64,000 nucleotides of DNA from Octopus bimaculoides (GCF_001194135.2 NC_068985.1:35918695-35982694), one strand, 5' to 3'. Positions 28,200 to 41,285 are shown, counted from the first letter of the stretch. Program-made: numbers and translations. The notes: generated by a model not told the origin, from the sequence alone.

Positions 28200-29340
28200 A
28201 CCTTCCTAACGCTAACCACTCCGAGAGTGTAGTGGGTGCTTTTACATGCCACCGGCACGAGGGCCGGTCAGGCAGAACTGGCAATGGCCATGCTCAAAAA
28301 GGTGCTTTTTACATGTCACCTGCACAGGAGCCAGTCCAGCGGCACTGGCAGCGACCGCGCTCGAATGTTTTTTCACATGCTACCAGCACAAGTGCTAGTA
28401 AGGTGGTGATGGTAATGATCACACTCAAATGATGCTATTTCCATGCCACTGGCACGGAAGCCAGACAGCTGCTCTGGCAATGATCACGCTCAGATGGTGC
28501 TGTTAGCGCTCCACTGGCACAGGTGCCAGTCATTGAATTTGGTTCAATTATGATTTCGATTTCACTTGCCCCAACAGGTCTTTGCAAGCAGAGTTTAGTG
28601 TCCAACGAAGGAGAGGTTGGCATGGGTGCCAGTCGTCGAATTTGGTTCGATTTCTATTTCACTTGCCTCAACAGGTCTTTGCAAGCAGAGTTTAGGGTTC
28701 AATGAAGGAAAGGTATAAGTGGGCTGGCTACACCCCTGGCAGAGGCCACGGATTATGGTCTCACTTGGCTTGCTGGGTCTTCTCATGCACTGCATATTTC
28801 CAAAGGTCTCGGTCACTAGTCATTGCCTTGGTGAGGTCTAATGTTTGAAGGTCATGCTTCACCACCTCATCCCAGGTCTTCCTGTGTCTACCTCTTCCAC
28901 AGGTTCCCTCAACCACTAGGGTGTGACACTTTTTCACACAGCTATCCTCATCCATTCTTGCCACATGACCATACCAGCGCAATCGTCTCTCTTGCACACC
29001 ACAAGTGATGCTTCTTAGGCCCAACTTTTCTCTCAAGATACTTACAGTCTGTCGAGTATGCACACTGACATTACACATCCATCGGAGCACACTGGCTTCA
29101 TTCTTTGCTAGCTTACACATGTTCTCAGCAGTCATGGCCCATGTTTCACTGAAATGTAGCATGGCTGTTCGTACACATGCGTCATATAGTCTGCCTTTTA
29201 CTCTGAGCGAGAGGGCTTTTGTCACCAGCAGAGGTAAGAGCTCTCTGAACTTTGACCATGCTATTCTTATTCTAGCAGCTACACTTTCAGCACACCCTCC
29301 CCCGTTACTAACTTGGTCACCTAGATAATGGAAGCTATCA
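28200..29340 (-). mobile_element. RTE LINE 3' fragment
   Basis: ORF-track 28761-29462: VDSFHYLGDQVSNGGGCAESVAARIRIAWSKFRELL...RLRWYGHVARM...GRGRHRKTW. Confidence 0.9.
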
Positions 29341-29579
29341 ACTACTTCATATACATATACACACATATACATATATATACACACAAACACAAATATATAC
29401 ACACACACACACTTACAAATATATATACACACACACACACACACATACAAATATATACACACACATATTCATATATACGTGTTCTTGGTTGTCTCCTGTC
29501 CTAGCTTGATTTAAGCATTTGCTACCACAACCTCGTTTAGGCTTAGCAGCCCCTCTTGTTTTTTTTCACTGTCCTGTTT

Positions 29580-30468
29580 GGGATCTTTATGATTTGACGG
29601 GCAACACTTGTATTCTTAACGAAACACTTTCAAACTTGGGACACTGGTAGAATGTGTCATATAAAACAACTTCTCTTAACCTTAACAAAAAATTGTACAT
29701 CGCAAGTTATTTCATGTTAAAGTTGTCGTATTTCTGTAATTTCAACCAATCACTGACGTCTATTCAGCTGAATACAGTTAGTGCTGTTCGGTGTCAAGTG
29801 TGTTATTCCCTGTTTAATTATATCATTATTCCCTAGTAAGGGTTTAGGGTTTTAGGGTTAGGGTTTTAGGGTTAGGGTTTTAGGGTTAGGGTTGGGGTTA
29901 GGGTTATGGTTATGAGTTATNNNNNNNNNNNNNNNNNNNNNNNNNNNNNNNNNNNNNNNNNNNNNNNNNNNNNNNNNNNNNNNNNNNNNNNNNNNNNNNN
30001 NNNNNNNNNNNNNNNNNNNNNNNNNNNNNNNNNNNNNNNNNNNNNNNNNNNNNNNNNNNNNNNNNNNNNNNNNNNNNNNNNNNNNNNNNNNNNNNNNNNN
30101 NNNNNNNNNNNNNNNNNNNNNNNNNNNNNNNNNNNNNNNNNNNNNNNNNNNNNNNNNNNNNNNNNNNNNNNNNNNNNNNNNNNNNNNNNNNNNNNNNNNN
30201 NNNNNNNNNNNNNNNNNNNNNNNNNNNNNNNNNNNNNNNNNNNNNNNNNNNNNNNNNNNNNNNNNNNNNNNNNNNNNNNNNNNNNNNNNNNNNNNNNNNN
30301 NNNNNNNNNNNNNNNNNNNNNNNNNNNNNNNNTACATGAAATAACTTCGAATACAATATTTTTTCTATGTTCTATAACACAAAATATACAAGTATTCAAA
30401 GTTTGAAAGTGTTTCAGTACCAAAAACACTACATAAAAAAATGTTGCCCGTCAAATCATAAAGATCCC
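29580..30468. mobile_element. Non-autonomous TIR element (MITE) containing TTAGGG-type repeats and a gap
   Basis: Perfect 27-bp TIR GGGATCTTTATGATTTGACGGGCAACA at 29580-29606 and 30442-30468. Flanks are CTGTTT and CTGTCT. Confidence 0.8.
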
Positions 30469-30799
30469 CTGTCTGTATTACCTATTTTGACCCTCCGCAA
30501 AATTCCAGATTTTATTTAATTTGCTTTGCGGGAGCAATTGTTTTATCAAAAGCATATATTGTTGTTAAATACTCAAAATACGAGATTAGAAAAACAGCCA
30601 ACAACTGATGAAGGGTCGTTCTTTATGTTGTTTGTTTTGTTTTCCATTTGTGTCTTTCATTGTTCGAAAGAATAGTTCATGTTCTATGTACTTGTGCTTC
30701 ATACTTTTTTTGTTGTACACGTCTGTGACGTCTTGTGCCCACATATGCATATATATATACGTATAGATGTAAGTATGTACATATACATATGTATATATG

Positions 30800-30836
<37 letters not shown>

Positions 30837-31112
30837 CAGATTCGCGTTTGGCCGTATGGCTTTTTTATGTTGTTTTCACTGTCCAATTTTTCCTGTCTTG
30901 GTTTACGTTTGCCACCTTGGAATCCTCTGTTTAGTTGGTTGATCACTACTCAGGAAGAGACGATTCTAGAGTACGTCCTGCCTTATCTTCGAAACGTAAA
31001 GTTAGAATAGAGNNNNNNNNNNNNNNNNNNNNNNNNNNNNNNNNNNNNNNNNNNNNNNNNNNNNNNNNNNNNNNNNNNNNNNNNNNNNNNNNNNNNNNNN
31101 NNNNNNNNNNNN

Positions 31113-31745
31113 TTTCACACAGCTATCCTCATCCATTCTCGCTACATGACCATACCAGCGCATTCATCTCTCTTGCACACCACAGCTGATGCTTTGTAAG
31201 TTCAACTTTTCTCTCAAGGTACTAATACACTGTCTAGTATGCACACTGACATTACACATCTATCGGAGCATACTGGCTTCATTCCTTGCGAGCCTACGCA
31301 TGTCCTCAGCAGTCACAGCCCATGTTTCACTGCCATGAAGCATGGTTGTTCGTACACATGCGTCATACAGTCTGCCTTTTACTCTAAGTGAGAGGCCCCT
31401 TGTCACCAGCAGAAGTAAGAGCTCTCTGAACTTTGTCCAGGCTATTCTTATTCTAGCAGTTACACTTTCAGCGCACCCTCCCCCGTTACTAACTTGGTCA
31501 CCTAGATAGCGGAAGCTCTCCACTACGTCTAGTTTTTCTCCCTGGAATGTGGCAGAAGTTGTTTTCTGCACAGTTACAGTGTTTATAGCTCCTGAACATC
31601 TGCTACATACAAAAACTAACTTCCTAGTAAACCTTCCTCTGATATTGCTGCACCTCTTATGTGTCCATAGCTTGCACTGCGTGCATCTTATAGAGTTTCT
31701 ACCTACGCCTTTTCTACAGATCGAGCAGGGCGATCTACCTGAAGG
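31113..31745 (-). mobile_element. RTE LINE fragment with a Cys/His finger
   Basis: PCSICRKGVGRNSIRCTQCKLWTHKRCSNI...FVCSRC followed by VESFRYLG. Confidence 0.88.
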
Positions 31746-33399
31746 GGTTTGTGTGTTATATGTATATAGATATATATAAAATTTACAAACACACACACAC
31801 ACACTCATACATAAATGTGTGTGTGTGTGTGTGTGCATGTACATGTTTACAGTTATATGTCTGTGTGTTTGTGTGTATGTGTAATGTGTGTATGTGTGTG
31901 TTTATTAATTTTTATAATGTCACTTTTTCCAGATTGGGTTTGGGCAGGGAACATATTTATAGAAAGACAAAAATATATTTTTTCAAAGGAAAAGTGGTAT
32001 ATTTGAATATCTTTCAAAGTAATGGGCAAAAATTATGTAAAACTTCGAATGCAATGATTTAGTGATATTTGAATCCCTATTATAATGTTTTAAAGTCCTC
32101 AAATTTAGAAATTATTAATATATAAGCCTGAAATTTTGGAGGATGAGATTAGTGTATTCCAGTGCTCAGCTGGTTTTTATTTTATCAATTCTGAAAGAAC
32201 AAAAAGTGAAGTCGACCTCGGTAGCATTTGAACTCAAAATGTAAACAGCCAGAAGATTATAATGTAGAAAATTTGAGATTGAGTTACAAAATGCGATAAC
32301 CATAAACACTAAACATTCATGTCACAGAATCATTAATATACTTCAGAAAGATATGCTGTACACACAATCACCCATTAATCCATTGCCTAAGTATAAGTCA
32401 AGCCCTTGTATTAATTGCTTGTTTTTATAGTATAACTGTGTTAGAAAAACTATTACAATTGGTGGCGTGGCAATGAATTCATAGAACAAGTAACTGAAGT
32501 CTGAAACAGAGTTATGTCCCTTCGGCTTCTAAAAACGCCTAGTTTAGAATAGAGGCAGCTGATGAAGAATTAATCCAAGTGGCTATTTGTTTTTCTATGT
32601 GTTCGTTCCGTTGTCTGTAGTTCATTTTTCTAACGTCCTGTACCCGAATATGCATCTATATACACATGTAGATGTAAGTATGTACATATATGTGTGTATA
32701 CATGCTTATATATCCGTTGTATTATTATGTCTCACAATAGCCGACTTTTGCCAATTTATAATTCACGAGTCAATAAAATAAGTACCAATGAAATTATTAG
32801 GTGAATCTATTCATGTACCTAAGTATTGAAATGTTTATTGTGTTGAACACTATACGCAAAAAACGCGCGCGCGCGCGCACACACACACGTACACACTGCA
32901 GCATGTACAAAATTATAATTGAAAATATATTTCATTTCAAAAATTAAAATTATAAGTTTGTGTAAAAAAATTGGCTGACATTAAGTTTCCATGAATTTTT
33001 ATTAATAATAATTTTTTTCTATACCACCCAATTCCCACATAACCTGAAAATATATTAGATAATATATTTCATTAAAAAAAAAAAATTGTTTTTATATTTG
33101 TAAAAATTGACATTAAGTTTCAGTGTTATACTGTTTTCTGCAGGTATGTCTCCTGATGAATTTGATGTCAACTAACATGTTTTTGATTAATTTGTCTTCC
33201 AGCCAATATATTTTAACCAAGGTGCCTTCAGTGAATGTGCTTTATATGAATACGCTGCCTTGAAACAGTGATGAACTCATAACCAAATAATCTTTCTACT
33301 TAATATACACATCCTCTTCCTCTAGGTTCCAAAACTTTAGGGTTGTAACCATAAAGGTAGGCAAAATGAAAGGTAAGTCTATTGAATACTGGAGTGGAG

Positions 33400-35580
33400 A
33401 TAAGTGGATCTGTGCCTCATGCCAGAGTTAAGGTAAAGAGGATCCTTAGCCAAACTCCTTAAGATAAGAGACATCAATACAAATTCTAGTGTCAGCAGAG
33501 GCAGAGTAACCATACTGTTAGTTAAGAAATGGCCACATAAGGTAATCGAATAAGATGATTCTAGTTATAGACAGCTCAACAGTGATAGTTTTCTTTGCAT
33601 ACATCTCATAGGCAGGATTGACAGAAGAATGAAAATGACTATTCAATGAAACCCTTCTGCAGAATACCTCAGTGACGATTGACAGCAACTTCATCATCAT
33701 GACTGACAACTTCAATGTTGGTCAACATGTTGATGGTTTCCATGTCATACATGAAGGCTATGGAAATTGTTCAAGAAACGAGGAGGGTGTAAGACTCCTG
33801 GAGTTCTGTAATGCAACTGACTTAACAATTTACAACATGCACTTTAGGAAACCAGCCAACCACCTTATCACCTATAGGAAATGAGGTGAGCACACAAGTC
33901 AAATAGATTATATTCTCAACAGGAAATAGATCAGAAGAACTTTTGTAAACATCAAAACTGTTCCTGGTGATGAATACACTACACAACGCAGATTAGTGGC
34001 TTGTGACTTCAGAGTCAGTGATAGGCAAATGTGGAAATAAAAGACAATACCAAGAAGGAAGATATAAAAATTAAAAGAACCAGCAATAAGGAAGAGATTT
34101 AGAGAAATTCTAATTGGCATATATGACAGTAGGGAGAAAGATTTAAAACCATGATGTAGATGAAAATGGAATTCTTATGAAATAATCTGCTTAGTGTTGT
34201 TGATTAAACATATGGCTAAGACAAAGTCACAGCCAAGTTATAAGTAATATGGCGGTAGAATGATCTAGTAGATAGGGCAGTAAAGACTAAGAGATAGGCT
34301 TGAAAACCTGGAAGGAAAGTGGTAGTACAGAGATGCTCGTGAAAGAAGTGACCACAAAGCTATCAAACTGAGAGACCTATTATGAAAGTGAGAAAGAGTC
34401 ATTAGGGAGAGTGTCTGCTTAGATGATATAGTTCAGATTTCTCCTAGGCTGGAGTATCACCAATGATCTCTTCATAGATAACAAGAAAAGAAGTCCCTAG
34501 CCAAGTGTAAGCATCTCTTTCTAGTATGTGCTGATTTGGAGAAGGACTTTGACAGAGTGATCACTAAGAAAACTAGGAGTTGATGAATTCAGTAAAATGA
34601 ATGTTAACAATGAATTTAGGAATTTAGAATGCAAGTGTTCCACCAAGGCTCAGTTCTTTGCTTCATCTCATTCATTATGGCCCTACAAGTCCACATCATT
34701 GGAGTTTAAAACTGGTTTACTGAGGGGACTCCTGCATGCTGATGACACAGTTCTTCATGCAGAGGCTGTGAAAGTTTTATAGAAAAATTCAAGACAAGAA
34801 AACAAAAGGATTCAGTATAGACATACTAAAGACTAAAGTCATTAAGAAAGAAGTTAGGATTCTGATACTTACATGGAAAAGGCCATGTTCAGTATGCAGA
34901 CAAGAAACAGGTAAAAATACCATACAGTGTACTCAATGCGATATATGAGTGCATGAGAAGTGTAATGGAATCAAGAGCAGGCTGACAGTGAATAAAGACT
35001 TTACCTGTGAAAGATATATGAAAATAGGGAATCCTCGAGCCATCAGTAAAATGAATGCCTTACAATGTTCAGAATGCAATTTCGTGGAGAAGGTTCATTC
35101 AACCCATACAAGCATGGTAAAATTAACATAAACTGATGACAATATATAAAAATTCACTCTCTGACCAAATCCTTTGGCGATATGCTGTACTTGAGAAGAC
35201 TCATAAAGCCAAGTGAAATCGTAATTGTGGCTGATGCTGGTGTCATGTAATTGGCACGTAAAAAGCTCCTTTAGAGTGTTGGGCTTCACAGAGGCAATGA
35301 CCGAGACCTCTGGTATTATGTCGTGCTTGAGAAGACTTATGAAGCCATGTAAAATTGCAGTCGTGACAGATACTGGTGTCACGCAAATAACACCCGTGCC
35401 GGTGGCACATAAAAACAGCTATTACACTCTCGGAGTGGTTGGCGTTAGGAAGGGCATCCAGTCGTAGAAACCATGCCAAATGAGACTGGGGTCTGGTGCA
35501 GCCTTTCAGTTTGCCAGCCCTGATCAAACCACCCAGCCCATACTAGTATGGACAACGGATGTTAAATGATGATGGTGATG
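33400..35580 (+). mobile_element. Long, highly degenerate RTE LINE (endonuclease to 3' tail)
   Basis: DNFNVGQH, GYGNCSRNEEGVRLLEFC, SQIDYIL, DLEKDFDRV and LHADD remnants; (GAT)n tail at ~35570. Confidence 0.8.
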
Positions 35581-35949
35581 ATTATATATATATATATATA
35601 TATATAGACATATATCGTCAGTGTCTCATATATCCAAAAAAGAAACACACTCTAAACCATAGAGCAGTAATGTATTTATATGTAGTTAAGTATATGTTTG
35701 GTCATAGAGTGACCAATGGTTTTGCATTAATAAAGGGCTTACTTCCATGAGTGGCACGTCAGACTCTAAAACCAAAGACATAATTGTTCAATTCTGAGAG
35801 GTAGGAATCCATCACTATCAGTGAGTAAATAAACAAATAAGCCCTGGTCAGCGGGGACGGGTTATCTCCCTTAGACCAAGCCTTGGGTCTTTAGTAGAAA
35901 GGATTATTATTGCAATTTAACGTTGTATGATATAATAATGTTCTTTTTT

Positions 35950-36021
35950 TTCATTGGTCAATCCATTTGTTAGTTAGTCAGCTGACAAAGCTAACTTCCG
36001 GTTTCGAAGCATAACAGGAAG
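35950..36021 (+). promoter_or_regulatory. Putative NOSIP core promoter
   Basis: Reverse CCAAT (ATTGG, ~35953), CAGCTG E-box palindrome (~35980), ETS-type ACTTCCGG (35994-36001) and CAGGAAG (~36015) lie just before a GTAAGT donor. This layout is typical of TATA-less housekeeping promoters. The TSS itself is inferred. Confidence 0.55.
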
Positions 36022-36057
36022 CCGTTTATTTTTGTTTGCGAAACCTAATTGCTATTG
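36000..36057 (+). other. NOSIP: Putative non-coding exon 1 (5'UTR) of NOSIP; start approximate
   Basis: Ends at TTG|GTAAGT (donor at 36058). The ATG exon is preceded by a TTAACAG acceptor (AG at 38976-38977), so an upstream UTR exon is required. Confidence 0.6.
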
Positions 36058-36281
36058 GTAAGTTTGTCAATATATCTTCCTCAAATTATTTAAATATTAT
36101 AAATATTACGCTTTTGGTTGACTGTATATAGGCTGCATTTGCATAATCGAAATTATAGTCGAATGTTGTTATTGAAAGAAGTAGAAGCTATAAATTTTGC
36201 TTCATGGTTGCAGAGTATCCTGAGCAAAACGTTTTCATATTGGTTAGGTGAATCCTAATCGAGCAGATCTATTTCCAAGTG

Positions 36282-36905
36282 GGCACTGTCATGGTATTAG
36301 CTGTCAGAATTGAAAGTAGAACCGACAAGGAACGTTACTGCTGGTTTGAGTTGATTCTTTGGCTACTGACTAGCCGGAGCTATCTATCTGTCTGTCTGTC
36401 TGTCTATCTCACTATCTCTCCCTCTCTATCTATCTATCACTCGTTCACCTCTGTGTCCGTAGAATTTATCAAATTAGAAAACGCAAATTTAATATAAAAA
36501 TATATTTTCTGAAATTGCAAATTATTTAAAATATAAAAATATAATTTTCAACAGAGAGAATTTATCAAAATAGAAAACAAATGAAGTTTGAAGTTTAAAA
36601 ATAATAGGATCGACCACTCACGACTAGCTAGCGCGGACGCGCGACTGCGCGTTCGGGACCACTCTGCTTTAGTAGTACTCTTATACTCTGTGTTTTCAAA
36701 CGCATGGATATAGGTGTCAAATTTGTTCCAATAACTTTCGAGTGATAGATAGATAGATAGAGAGAGAGACAGAGACAGACAGATAGCTCGCTCCGGCCAG
36801 TCATGGTATTAGCTGTCAGTAGCCAAAGAATCAACTCAAACCAGCAGTAACGTTCCTTCAGATTTTTCTACTTTCACTTCTGACAGCTAATACCATGACA
36901 GTGCC
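36282..36905. mobile_element. Foldback MITE with ~160-bp TIRs and an 8-bp TSD (Merlin- or MULE-like)
   Basis: Ends GGCACTGTCATGG / CCATGACAGTGCC. Perfect TSD TCCAAGTG at 36274-36281 and 36906-36913. Confidence 0.9.
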
Positions 36906-37563
36906 TCCAAGTGTTCCATCCTGTCTTTAATTCAGACATAGCATATTCAGTAGTATATTATATCATGTGTCTACTTCGTTTTAAGATCGATGAGTTTTAT
37001 TTGCGCAAGATTTCGTTGCTATTTCTGGCAGGAAGAATATCTGTGTTGGCACTCCGTCGCTTACGACGTCGAGGGTTCCAGTTGATCCGATCAACGGAAC
37101 AGCCTGCTCGTGAAATTAACGTGCAAGTGGCTGAGCACTCCACATACACGTGTACCCTTAATGTAGTTCTCGGGGATATTCAGTGTGACAAGGCCGACCC
37201 TTTGAATTACAGGCACAACAGAAACAGTTGTGGTGAAAGAGTACAGCAGGGTTCGCCACCATCCCCTGCCGGAGCCTCGTGGAACTTTAGGTGTTATCAT
37301 TTGCAAAACTGATGACGTTTCAGTTTGTGATACCTAGCTCTTTCAAGAATCATTAATTTGCTGTTACTAAATGTTATAAGTGCAAAGTAACAGAAGAATA
37401 TATTTCACAACAGAAATTACCACTGAATGTTGTTATAAGAGAGATAGAAACAGTAGAAAGGACATAGTGTTAAGTGTTGGCATATTGGTCTCTTAGATGC
37501 AGTCTAGAAAGTTTGTGATTGTATTGCTTACTCTATCTCAATCATATTGGCAGTACTCTAGTG

Positions 37564-37832
37564 CAGGGGTTTTCAAACTGTGGTCCGCAAGGACAAGACA
37601 GGGGGTCCATGGACAGCAAATACTTTTTATGGGCAATTTGATTTTATATATGTTTCTTAATCGAAATCTTTTAATTGTCAATAAACATATTTGTTAAATA
37701 CTGTTAAATAAATAAATGTAAAAATATATGTTATTTTAAGCAAATGTTTATGTATAAATTTCATAAGGGGGTCCCTAAGGTAAAGCCTGAAATATAAAGG
37801 GGTCCGCAAGTCAAAAAATTTGAAAACCCCTG
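37564..37832. mobile_element. hAT-Charlie-type MITE
   Basis: TIRs CAGGGGTTTTCAAA / TTTGAAAACCCCTG. Perfect 8-bp TSD CTCTAGTG at 37556-37563 and 37833-37840. Confidence 0.92.
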
Positions 37833-39017
37833 CTCTAGTGTGATGCATAAAGTTACTTGTCTAAATTCTTATCTCTTTCATTGAAAGCTTTTCATTAGAC
37901 CAGAGTCAACAGGGCTCTGTTCTACCTACATTCTGTTTACTTTCATGTATCTCAAGATTAGGTTTTGTGCCACACATACTATTTCTTTACATCTTGTTAT
38001 TACTCTCAACCATATTTATTCCTATGCTTATAATACCATCACTTATTCTCTAATAATCTTTTATACAGAGATGTAATCCATAGGCAACCAAGATACTTCA
38101 TGTCAGACATGTATTACTTCTACGAACAAAGGCTTTCTAAAGCATTCTTGAACAAGGATCTGACAACCAGATTTCCTTCAACATTACAAAAGCATAGTTA
38201 TTACTGAGACACATCTCTCTACATGTAAACAATGCAGAACTTGATAAATATATGTACAAATATATAGATGCAGGTATAACTATGTGGTAAGAAGCTTGCT
38301 TCCCAACCACATGGTCCCAGGTTCAGTCCCACTGTGTGACCTCTTGGGCAAGTGTCTTCTGTTGTAGTCTCAGGCTGATCAAAGCCTTGTGAGTGAAGTT
38401 GGTAGACAGAAACTGCAAGAAGCCTGTCATATATTTATATATATATATATATATACATATATTTGTGTGTGTGTGTGTGTCTGCCTGCCATTGACAAAAC
38501 CAGTGTTGGTGTGTCTACATCCCTGTAACTTAGTGGTTTGGCAAAATAAATCACTAAAATAAGTACCATGCTTAAAATAATTGGAGAAATGAAATAATAT
38601 TTTGAGGTTATGTCTTGATAAAAGTTCATAATCGTTTGACCCTGTGATTTTACAGTAGTTTTCTTCTAAATCTTATACTTTATGAATCCTTTTTTTTTCC
38701 AGACATACCAGCAATATCTTTCTTCTTTCCTAAGTAATTATTAAAAAATTTCAGCCATGATGAACCCATTTTTATGTATATCTAGGACTACATTATTAAA
38801 CATGATCCTCCTTCTTGAGATGCTAGGTTTTGATTTGAGGGAAATTGGTTGTTATTTTTAACAGATCAAGTGACTGCACTGAAATTCCCTTGTCAGCACA
38901 TATTATGTTTTCTTTTGTACGTTTGCTATTTTCGAACAATAACTCAAAAAATATTTTTGCTTTAATTCTCTTAACAGTTATTGTTGACCTGGTCAGAATT
39001 TTTCCACTACTCTCATA

Positions 39018-39140
39018 ATGACAAGGCATGCCAAAAATTGTACAGCAGGTACTGTATATACTTACCATGAACGTAAGAAAGATACTGCAACATCAGGCTA
39101 TGGTAGCAAAAGTATTCGTGTCGGGAAAGATTCAGTCAAG
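39018..39140 (+). CDS. NOSIP: NOSIP coding exon 1 (exon starts at 38978)
   Basis: Translates MTRHAKNCTAGTVYTYHERKKDTATSGYGSKSIRVGKDSVK, matching the NOSIP N-terminus as I recall it (MTRHGKNCTAGAVYTYHEKKKD). Donor AAG|GTAAAT, phase 0. Confidence 0.97.
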
Positions 39141-40175
39141 GTAAATATATATCTTTTTATTTTGAGGAAATGCTTGTGATTTATTTTTTCTTTCCATAAA
39201 CAAGTAGAAGTTTTTTGTTGGTGTCAAGAGTCATGCTGCACAGACTGTTTATTTGCATTTGATTATGTAAAATGCATAGCTGACAACTTTGTAGGTATAA
39301 AATTCTACAAAGAAGCTATCTAAATAGCATTCAGTGAGTAGTTGTTACTGTTTAGCACCAGGTCAGCTTGATCTTGCAGATCTTTGATCAAAGACAGTTC
39401 AGTTATGACTGTCCCATTTTCCTTAAGATAGCAGGATATTAAGAAAAATTGACTGCTCTTTCTAGTTGGCCAAGTAACCATACAAAGGCTGCTTTAGCTG
39501 TGTGCAGTTGATTATAATGTTGATGAGGCATCATCATCATTTAACATCTGCTTTCCATGCTAGCTTGGATTGGACGATTTGACTGAGGACTGGTGAACTA
39601 GATGGGCTACACCAGGTTCCAATCTGATTTGGCAGAGTTTCTACAGCTGGATGCCCTTCCTAACAACGCCAACCACTCCGAGAGTGTAGTGGATGCTTTT
39701 ACGTGCCACTGGCATGAAGGCCAGTCAGGCGGTACTGGCAATGGCCACGCTCAAAATGGTGTATTTTACGTGCCACTTGCACAGGAGCCAGTCCAGCGAC
39801 ACTGGCAATGATCTCGCTTGAATGTCTTACACATGCCACCGGCACAAGTGCCAGGAAGGCGATGCTGGGCACAGGTGCCATCACGATTTTGGAAAACTGA
39901 AATAAATCCTGTCATATTACATAACAATATATAATTCTGAATTATCAAAGTATAAAATAAACTACTTGTGTCAGTTGTTAGTTGTCAGGACACTGCATCC
40001 TTCAAAAATTCCATGCTTCCTGAAATTTGCCAACATTGCTCCTGACATACGTAATGCACCCTTTCCTCTTTATGACCCTTTAATGTTAAGTTCTCTATCT
40101 TTTTGTGTATTTTATTCTATGTACTGTGCCTGTACTTCTCCCCTCAAAATTGCTGGCTTTATACCAAAATTAGAC

Positions 40176-40217
<42 letters not shown>

Positions 40218-40678
40218 GTTATTATTATAGTTTCAAATTTTGACACAAGGCCAGCAGTTTTGGAAGAGAGGTATAAGTCAATTACATCAACTCCACTGCT
40301 CAACTGGTACTCAATTTATTTATCCTGAAAGGATGAAAGGCAAAGCCAATCTCAGTGGAATTTGAACTCAGAATATAAGGACAGACAAAATGCCGCTAAG
40401 CATTTTACCTGACACGCTAAATTTTCTGTCAGCTCACTGCCTTTAATAATAATAATAATAATCATAATCATCATCGTTTAACGTCCGCTTTCCATGCTAG
40501 CATGGGTTGGACGATTTGACTGGGGACTGGCGAACCAGATGGCTACACCAGACTCCAATCTGATCTGGCAGAGTTTCTACAGCTGGATGCCCTTCCTACT
40601 GCCAACCACTCTAAGAGTGTAGTGGGTGCTTTTTAATTGCTACCAGCATGGGGGCCAGTACGGCAGTACTGGCAAATA

Positions 40679-40709
<31 letters not shown>

Positions 40710-40725
40710 TCAGGATAATAATAAT

Positions 40726-40945
40726 GGCTTCAAATTTTGGGACAAGGCCAGCAATTTCAGGAGGGGTGGTGGGGCATGTCGATTGCATCACCCTCAGTGC
40801 TCAACTGATACTTATTTTATCAACCCTGAAAGGATGACAGGTAAAGTCAACCTCAGTGGAATTTGAACTCAGAACACAAAGACAAACAAAATGCTGCTAA
40901 GCATTTTGTCCAGTATGCTTATGATACTGGCAGCTCACCGCCTTA
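40726..40945 (-). mobile_element. SINE family A copy
   Basis: Reverse complement of the 41071 copy; (AAT)n tail on the plus strand. Confidence 0.75.
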
Positions 40946-41070
40946 TTCAGTAATAATGATGATAATAACTAGCTGACCCCGTGAAAAATTCACGAAAGAT
41001 ATATAAAATGTAAACATCAGTAAATCGTGTGCTGGTGCCATGAGAAATGTTTCTATATTGTGACAGTTAA

Positions 41071-41285
41071 AGGTGGCGAGCTGGCAGGATCGTTAGCACG
41101 CCAGGTGAAATGCTTAGTGGTATTTCGTCTGTCTTTACATTCTGAGTTCAAATTCTGTCGAGGTCGACTTCGCCTTTCATTCCTTTGGGGTCGATAAATT
41201 AAGTACCGGTTGCATACTGGGGTTGATCTAATTGACTGGCCCTCTCCCACCAAAATTTTCAGAACTTGTGCTTATAGTAGAAAAG
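41071..41285 (+). mobile_element. SINE family A, full copy with TSD
   Basis: Flanked by TATATTGTGACAGTTAA (41054-41070) and TATATTGCAACAGTTAA (41286-41302). Confidence 0.85.

Noticed and set aside
29838-29912. True telomere or chromosome-fusion site
   Set aside because: The array is short, degenerate and enclosed by a TIR pair, so it is better explained as transposon cargo.
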